In this document: positions 15,569 through 20,000 of the stretch, one piece after another
Numbering within the stretch: the stretch's first letter is position 1
How the letters are laid out: each line of letters opens with the position of its first letter
Source: an uncultured virus (IMG/VR IMGVR_UViG_3300025000_000094)
Taxonomy: Duplodnaviria; Heunggongvirae; Uroviricota; Caudoviricetes
DNA length: 20,000 nt
Virus record (IMG/VR): IMGVR_UViG_3300025000_000094
Strand: one strand, 5' to 3'
The notes under the pieces: generated by a model
What the model was told of the DNA's origin: nothing
The model's input: the letters and a program-made list of their open reading frames with translations, nothing else
Database searches by the model: none
Program-made: the position numbers and the translations under genes

Positions 15569-17188
15569 TTATAAAGCCTGTACCGAAGACCCGCTGTCTG
15601 CCGGAGTGTCCGGCATTCTTAAAACCCTGTCCTGCGCTATGATCAGCGAAACCACGCCGTCTATCCTCTTCTGTTTGCCCGCGGCCTCTTTGGGCTTGTT
15701 GGGCGCCACTACTCCGTTGGGGCCGTGCCGCACTTCAATGTTGTCAGCGTTCCAGTTAAGAGCTGAGTTGTTAGGATGCGCGAATGTTCCCGCCATCCAG
15801 CGCCGCTCCATTTCTTTGGTGGGCTGGCTGATGGTGCTGAAGTTCTGCGACACAGGCACCATTTTTATTCCCAGCGCTTCCGCTTTCTGCACCGCCATGG
15901 TGGCGTTGTAGGGGTCGTACCCTACTTCCTGAAGGCTGAACAGTTTACTGGCTTCCTCCATCTTGCCCACCACCGCGGCGTAGTCCACCACGTTGCCGGG
16001 GGTGGCTATTATGTGCCCCTCGGCTACCCAGCGGCTGTAAGGCACCTTGTCGCGCTCCTCGGCCAGGGCCACGCGGTCAGCCGGCATGAACAGGTAAACC
16101 CAGGCGTACAGCATGTCAGGCTCCGGAAACAGCAGGCCAAAGGCCGTAAGGTCCAGCGTGCTCGACAGGTCCAGGCCGCCGTAGGCTATCTTGCCGCGCA
16201 GATCCGCTTCGGTGTACCTGCGCGCAGCGGCGGCCCATTTCTCGCTCGGTATCCAGCGTGTTACCTGGCTGGTCCACAAGTTAAGACGCAGACGCTTGAA
16301 CAAGTTCTCCTGGCGCGGTATCTTCTTGGCCTTCTCACATTCTTGCGCCAGGTCGTACTCTTTAAGCGTTATGCCCAGGCTGGGGTTCACCTTCGCCCAC
16401 ACGCGGGGGTCGCGCCAGTCGTCGCCTTTCTCCGGTTCAAAGATCACCGCCAGGGTTTGCTCGTCCACCTTCTCGTTGGCCAACACAGTCTTGGCATGTT
16501 CGTATTCCTCGTAGCAGATGCTGTTCTTGTCGGCGCCGGCCGTGGTGATGGTGATCTGCAAGGGCTGGTTGCGCGCCGCGCCCGAGCCGCTGGTCATTAC
16601 CTCGTACAGCTCAGGGTCCTTCAGCGCGTGCAACTCGTCGAAGATAACGCAGTGCGCGTTGATGCCGTGGCGGCCCTTGGTCTCTTTGGATACCGGGATA
16701 AAGCTCGCCTTCATCTCCGGCACCGAGATCAGGTGCTTGCCTTCCACCACCTTAAACACCTCCGAGAGTTCCTCGGACATGTCTATGATGGTGCGGGCTT
16801 CCTCGTGCACCATGTCGGCCTGCTCTTTCTCCGTGGCAGCGCAGTACACCTTGGCGCGGAACTCGCCGTCCATGCCGGTCATGTAAAGGCCCACGCCGCC
16901 GCACATGGTGGTCTTGCCGTTCTTCTTCGGTATGAAGATGAACGCCTTGCGGAACCGGCGGTAGCCATCGTCCTTGCGCTTCCAGCCGAACAGCGGACGC
17001 AGTACCAGGTCCTTCTGCCAGTCCATCAGCCTGATGGGCGTGCCGGCCTTGTCACCGACCGTGTAGACTACATAGGTTTCAAAGAACTCTACTGCGCGGT
17101 CCGCGGCTTCGCGGTCGTAGTAGTATTTCCCGTTGCAGTCAGTAATGACCTGTTGCGGGCAGGACTTAACTTCCTTTCTGCTGGCCAT
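15569..17188 (-). CDS. terL: Terminase large subunit (539 aa)
   Basis: Walker A IPKKNGKT, Walker B VIFDELH, ITTAG, W.KVNPSLG, nuclease GGLDLSSTLD, YDPYNA, RIDGVVS. Confidence 0.98.
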   Translation of the reverse strand: MASRKEVKSCPQQVITDCNGKYYYDREAADRAVEFFETYVVYTVGDKAGTPIRLMDWQKDLVLRPLFGWKRKDDGYRRFRKAFIFIPKKNGKTTMCGGVGLYMTGMDGEFRAKVYCAATEKEQADMVHEEARTIIDMSEELSEVFKVVEGKHLISVPEMKASFIPVSKETKGRHGINAHCVIFDELHALKDPELYEVMTSGSGAARNQPLQITITTAGADKNSICYEEYEHAKTVLANEKVDEQTLAVIFEPEKGDDWRDPRVWAKVNPSLGITLKEYDLAQECEKAKKIPRQENLFKRLRLNLWTSQVTRWIPSEKWAAAARRYTEADLRGKIAYGGLDLSSTLDLTAFGLLFPEPDMLYAWVYLFMPADRVALAEERDKVPYSRWVAEGHIIATPGNVVDYAAVVGKMEEASKLFSLQEVGYDPYNATMAVQKAEALGIKMVPVSQNFSTISQPTKEMERRWMAGTFAHPNNSALNWNADNIEVRHGPNGVVAPNKPKEAAGKQKRIDGVVSLIIAQDRVLRMPDTPADSGSSVQAL

Positions 17189-17672
17189 TTCTCAGGCCTC
17201 GTAGCATGAAATCCGATATCTTCTTGCCGGGGCCGCCCTTTTCGCCCACCAGCCGGCCGCGCGAGCTGGGCGTAAGGCCAAGGGCCTCGGCGTACTTTAT
17301 CTGCAAACCCATACGCTGGTTTAATGTGGTCTGCTCCGGGCGGGGCTGCTGGTGGCCGGAAGGCGTCATAGTGTTGTATTTGTCCTGTCCGGCGGCGGCC
17401 ACGTCTTTCAGGCGGGTGTTAAGTTCGTCTATGGACTCGCAGATACTGCAATAGTTTTTGAGGGTTTCTCGGTCGGTCTTCTTGAGCACGCCGGTGTTGC
17501 GTAGCTCGGAATAGATAAGCCGCCATACCTGGCGGCCGTATTCCCCCAGGGTGGCCGGGGGCTTGGGATTCTTGTCGGAAGAAAACTCGGGGGCCGCCTC
17601 GTTAATGCGCGAGGGGCGTACGCCTTCCAGCTTTTTAAGCTCGTTAGGTTTTGCTTTTCTTCCCTGGCTCAT
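17166..17672 (-). CDS. terS: Terminase small subunit, P27-like (168 aa)
   Basis: GRK.KP..LK.LEG, PP..L, D...L..YC, LGLTPSSR motifs. Directly upstream of terL. Confidence 0.93.
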   Translation of the reverse strand: MSQGRKAKPNELKKLEGVRPSRINEAAPEFSSDKNPKPPATLGEYGRQVWRLIYSELRNTGVLKKTDRETLKNYCSICESIDELNTRLKDVAAAGQDKYNTMTPSGHQQPRPEQTTLNQRMGLQIKYAEALGLTPSSRGRLVGEKGGPGKKISDFMLRGLRNGQQKGS

Positions 17673-18034
17673 TTTAAATTTCCGAATCCTCCGTTTTCCG
17701 TTGCGGTCTTCCGCGAGTGGCAGCTATGGCACAGGCCCTGGTGGTTTGTGGGCTCCCAGAACAGCGGGTCTTCCGGGCCGCGCACCGCGGTTATATGGTC
17801 CACGTCGGTGGCCGCTCGCCGGCATTCCTGGTTGGCGCAGATCGGGTGCTCCGCTAGGAACCCCCGCCTGTACCGCGCCCACCTGGCGCCGTAGCCTCGC
17901 TGCGCCGCCGTGCCGCGCCGGTCCTGCTCGTTATCGGCGAACTGCCGGGCGTGGCGCGTGCAGTACTTGGCGTCTTCCGCCCGGTACTCCCGGCAGCCCG
18001 GGATTGCGCATGACTTGGCTGGCGCGTATGGCAT
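17669..18034 (-). CDS. HNH endonuclease (HK97 gp74-like packaging-associated, 121 aa)
   Basis: C..PGC, RGY..RW...R..FL.EHPIC, ATDVDHI, LFW..TN.Q.LC.SCHS.KT motifs. ATGA overlap with terS. Confidence 0.95.
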   Translation of the reverse strand: MPYAPAKSCAIPGCREYRAEDAKYCTRHARQFADNEQDRRGTAAQRGYGARWARYRRGFLAEHPICANQECRRAATDVDHITAVRGPEDPLFWEPTNHQGLCHSCHSRKTATENGGFGNLK

Positions 18035-18182
18035 AGTTCAGAGATCTGCACCGGTTTCCCGGTGATGGGTAGACTTTGCTACCGCGTATATCGGTGGTTC
18101 CTGGTCTGGCTCCGACCCCGAAGTACTGCTTGCCGGTTAAGCACCGTTTTCACCGAAATCTTATTTTCAACGTCGGGGAAAT

Positions 18183-18210
18183 AAAAAAGCCCCGGCCAAA
18201 TGACCGGGGC
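18183..18210 (-). terminator. Rho-independent terminator-like hairpin 2 upstream of HNH
   Basis: Minus strand GCCCCGGTC-ATTT-GGCCGGGGC-TTTTTT. Confidence 0.75.
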
Positions 18211-18214
18211 GAAT

Positions 18215-18246
18215 AAAAGCCCCGCTCAACCCTTGAGCGAGGCTTT
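18215..18246 (-). terminator. Rho-independent terminator-like hairpin 1 upstream of HNH
   Basis: Minus strand AAAGCCTCGCTCAA-GGG-TTGAGCGGGGCTTTT. Confidence 0.65.
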
Positions 18247-18254
18247 ATGCTTCT

Positions 18255-18299
18255 AGTTTAACAGACGCATCACCTTTTGTGAAGTGACAAAAGGTGACA
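18255..18299 (-). promoter_or_regulatory. Candidate late promoter: TGTCAC direct repeats / 11-bp inverted repeat plus extended -10
   Basis: Minus strand TGTCAC-CTTT-TGTCAC (18299-18284), overlapping a perfect IR TCACCTTTTGT-N6-ACAAAAGGTGA (18270-18297), then TG-T-TAAACT (18263-18255). No consensus -35. Confidence 0.55.
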
Positions 18300-18476
18300 T
18301 TTTTTTAGCCGCTTCAAAATCCGCTTGTAGTCCTCGGGGTGTTCCCTGCGAAACCGCGAGATGCGCTGCTTGGCGCAGTCCGGGCTCATGCACTTCTTAG
18401 TCAACAACGCCTTTAACTTTCCCTTGCACTGCGCCGTCACAATCTCCACCGTCTCGTTATAGGTTGCGGTTTTCAC
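18270..18476 (-). CDS. Small basic hypothetical protein, possible late transcriptional regulator (68 aa)
   Basis: GTGA overlap with upstream ORF and GGAGG RBS. Lys/Arg-rich with an HTH-like MSPDCAKQRISRFRR segment. Last gene before the packaging operon. Confidence 0.5.
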   Translation of the reverse strand: MKTATYNETVEIVTAQCKGKLKALLTKKCMSPDCAKQRISRFRREHPEDYKRILKRLKKCHLLSLHKR

Positions 18477-18682
18477 TCCATGCCTCCCTTTTCAATTTCC
18501 GAGATATCTATTTTCCTCCCGCAGCAGCGAAGCAGCACCTGTGACGGAATTTCCGGCATGTTGTTACTTTCGAACAGTATCTCAAACATGGCGCATTTTA
18601 ATCCGCACAACTGACAATAATTCCCGCAGGAGCAATCTTCTCCCTGAGAATTTTTAAGCCTTCCGTCTTTTGATATTTTCAT
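18473..18682 (-). CDS. Cys-rich hypothetical protein (69 aa)
   Basis: ATGA overlap, AAGGAG RBS. CSCGNYCQLCGLKCAMF and LRCC motifs suggest metal binding. Confidence 0.6.
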   Translation of the reverse strand: MKISKDGRLKNSQGEDCSCGNYCQLCGLKCAMFEILFESNNMPEIPSQVLLRCCGRKIDISEIEKGGME

Positions 18683-19467
18683 TTCGTAATCTCCTTTTTG
18701 GTGATTTGCTTCATCCGAGTTTTAATTATTTCCCCTTTTTCCGTGGTATATACCCGGAGTCTAAAATCTGCTGCCTGATCTATGCGCAAGCCTGGGACCT
18801 TCCCCGCCCGCACCCAATTCCCGAAGCTGGACCTGGCACAAGCGTCATTGGAGTAGTGGTGAGAAATATTCTCCATGAGTTCTTTCAGAAACACTCCCTC
18901 ATGCTCCGCCACGTATCGCTGCGCATCACGGCATGTCCGCTTGAACGGGCTCCAAAAATCGCTTTCATTATTCCCAGCTTTAGCGCCCCATTTTTTAAGT
19001 TCATCTGACAGCAGGGGGAGCGTCCACTTTTTTATAGTCTTGCTGTCCCTGTTAAGCCTCGGCGCAAGAATCATATTTGCCCGGTTGTATTCTACGTGAT
19101 ATGTATCGCCTATTTTAATGTTAGTAGGATTGTCTTTTTGCGCCACTTCAATAATCCCAATGCCGCAGTTCTCGCAGACCTGTTTGGCGAGATTCCTCCC
19201 ACGGGAGTTGCTACCTCTCTGAATAGCCGGTACGGCTATTAGGGCACCATGAACCCAGAACTGCCAGTTTTTTGCCTGAGCGATAACCTCGAAGGTCAAA
19301 GACTTCTTAACCTCCACGGCCCATATAAGTTCACCGCGCTTGCACATGATATCTGCACGGCTATCACCCCTGCTGAAAAGAACCTCCTCGTAAACGTCCC
19401 ACCCGTCATCGGCAAGAAATTCACAAACCTTTTTCGCAATATCGGCCTCACTATTAATAGGTTTCAT
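18679..19467 (-). CDS. PD-(D/E)XK nuclease-superfamily protein (MmcB/DUF2161-like, 262 aa)
   Basis: Start revised to ATG 19467, one base after the methyltransferase C-terminal stop. E...A, VYEEV, RADI, AVEVKK.L, QA motifs and a helical C-terminal domain. Confidence 0.7.
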   Translation of the reverse strand: MKPINSEADIAKKVCEFLADDGWDVYEEVLFSRGDSRADIMCKRGELIWAVEVKKSLTFEVIAQAKNWQFWVHGALIAVPAIQRGSNSRGRNLAKQVCENCGIGIIEVAQKDNPTNIKIGDTYHVEYNRANMILAPRLNRDSKTIKKWTLPLLSDELKKWGAKAGNNESDFWSPFKRTCRDAQRYVAEHEGVFLKELMENISHHYSNDACARSSFGNWVRAGKVPGLRIDQAADFRLRVYTTEKGEIIKTRMKQITKKEITK

Positions 19468-19468
19468 G

Positions 19469-20000
19469 TCACGTCCTTGGTTTAATCCACAAAACTTCCG
19501 TGCGCTCGCGCGCCATACACGCAAAAGCTTTTCTCTCTACTCTTTGCCAGCCGCGGTAAAGATCTTCATATAGCGAACTGGGATATCCACTAAGGATTAC
19601 CCCCCCCCCGCAAGGAATGGAGTTGGTTAGCAAGGACCACGTGCCCCGCCTTCCTGGAATCCATGACATAGGGCGGGTCCACGTAGTGAAGCGTCTCGGG
19701 TGAATCGTATTTCTCCAAAACGCCCAGCGCGTCCATGCTCTCGATAACCACGCCCTGAAACCTATCTATAATGCGGCGCAGAACTTCAGGATAGGAAGCC
19801 CAGTCATGGGACGGGGTGGACCCCGACCTATTCACGTTTCCGCGAAATCCGTTTTGACGGTAAAGGCTATCGGAGCCGTGCCCCATGTTCGCTTTCACAA
19901 TGGTGCGCCGGGCCTGTTCTACCGCGTCCACGTTGTGGTTATAGGCTTCCAGCATTTCTTGCCGGGAAAACGGCGTCAAAGAGATCCTGCGCAGTAATTC
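19469..20000 (-). pseudogene. Dam-like (D12-class) N6-adenine DNA methyltransferase, 5' end outside window, frameshifted at a G10 run
   Basis: Frame open from 20000 (ELLRRISLTPFSRQE..GVVIE.MDA..YDSPETLHYVDPPY) stops at 19590-19592. The conserved C-terminus VILSGY.S.LY..LY.GW..RTEVLWI continues in another frame to 19469. The junction is C10 at 19600-19609. Confidence 0.85.

Larger units (their letters stand above)
1..20000 (-). mobile_element. HK97-type siphovirus-like phage/prophage segment (end of middle genes plus packaging, head, neck and tail module)
   Basis: Co-oriented, tightly packed (ATGA overlaps, 0-30 bp gaps) HNH-TerS-TerL-portal-protease-capsid-neck-tail-TMP-tip gene order. No sheath gene seen. 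No integrase, att site or lysis genes in the window, so prophage versus free phage cannot be decided. Confidence 0.97.

Noticed and set aside
5813..17209. Long plus-strand ORFs (458, 390, 257, 393, 400, 477 aa and others)
   Set aside because: They are antisense shadows of GC-rich minus-strand genes, with no recognisable motifs, and fully overlap well-supported phage genes.
17669..18034. HNH gene as a homing endonuclease or intron
   Set aside because: It is a short gp74-type HNH next to terS, with no interrupted gene or intron structure around it.
18035..18180. tRNA or known riboswitch in the leader upstream of HNH
   Set aside because: I could not see a cloverleaf, T-loop or known aptamer consensus; only one GAAA-tetraloop hairpin is supportable.

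Overview
The whole window is part of one tailed-phage or prophage genome, with all credible genes on the minus strand. Read in the direction of transcription (20000 to 1), it starts with an AT-richer block: a Dam-like N6-adenine methyltransferase broken at a G10 run, a PD-(D/E)XK nuclease-like gene and two small ORFs. A candidate late promoter and tandem hairpins follow. Next is an HK97-type siphovirus morphogenesis operon: HNH nuclease, TerS, TerL, portal, prohead protease, major capsid, putative decoration protein, head-fibre-like protein, neck and tail-completion genes, major tail protein with an Ig-like domain, tail assembly chaperone with a -1 frameshift site, tape measure, Dit-like and hub/tip proteins and a 92-aa adaptor. 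It ends in a >=689-aa repeat-rich fibre ORF (2067 to <1) that the supplied ORF track missed because it runs off the edge. The most unusual observation is that both fibre-like proteins carry N-terminal export signals. The head-fibre-like protein starts with a type IV prepilin-type leader (KG|FTFLELLVVVLIIGIM) ending in a signal-peptidase-I-like site, and the tail-fibre-like protein has a classical Sec signal peptide. Both also contain a Cys pair. Sequence style hints at an Elusimicrobiota-like host (inference only). All family calls are by eye from motifs and synteny; no database searches were run.
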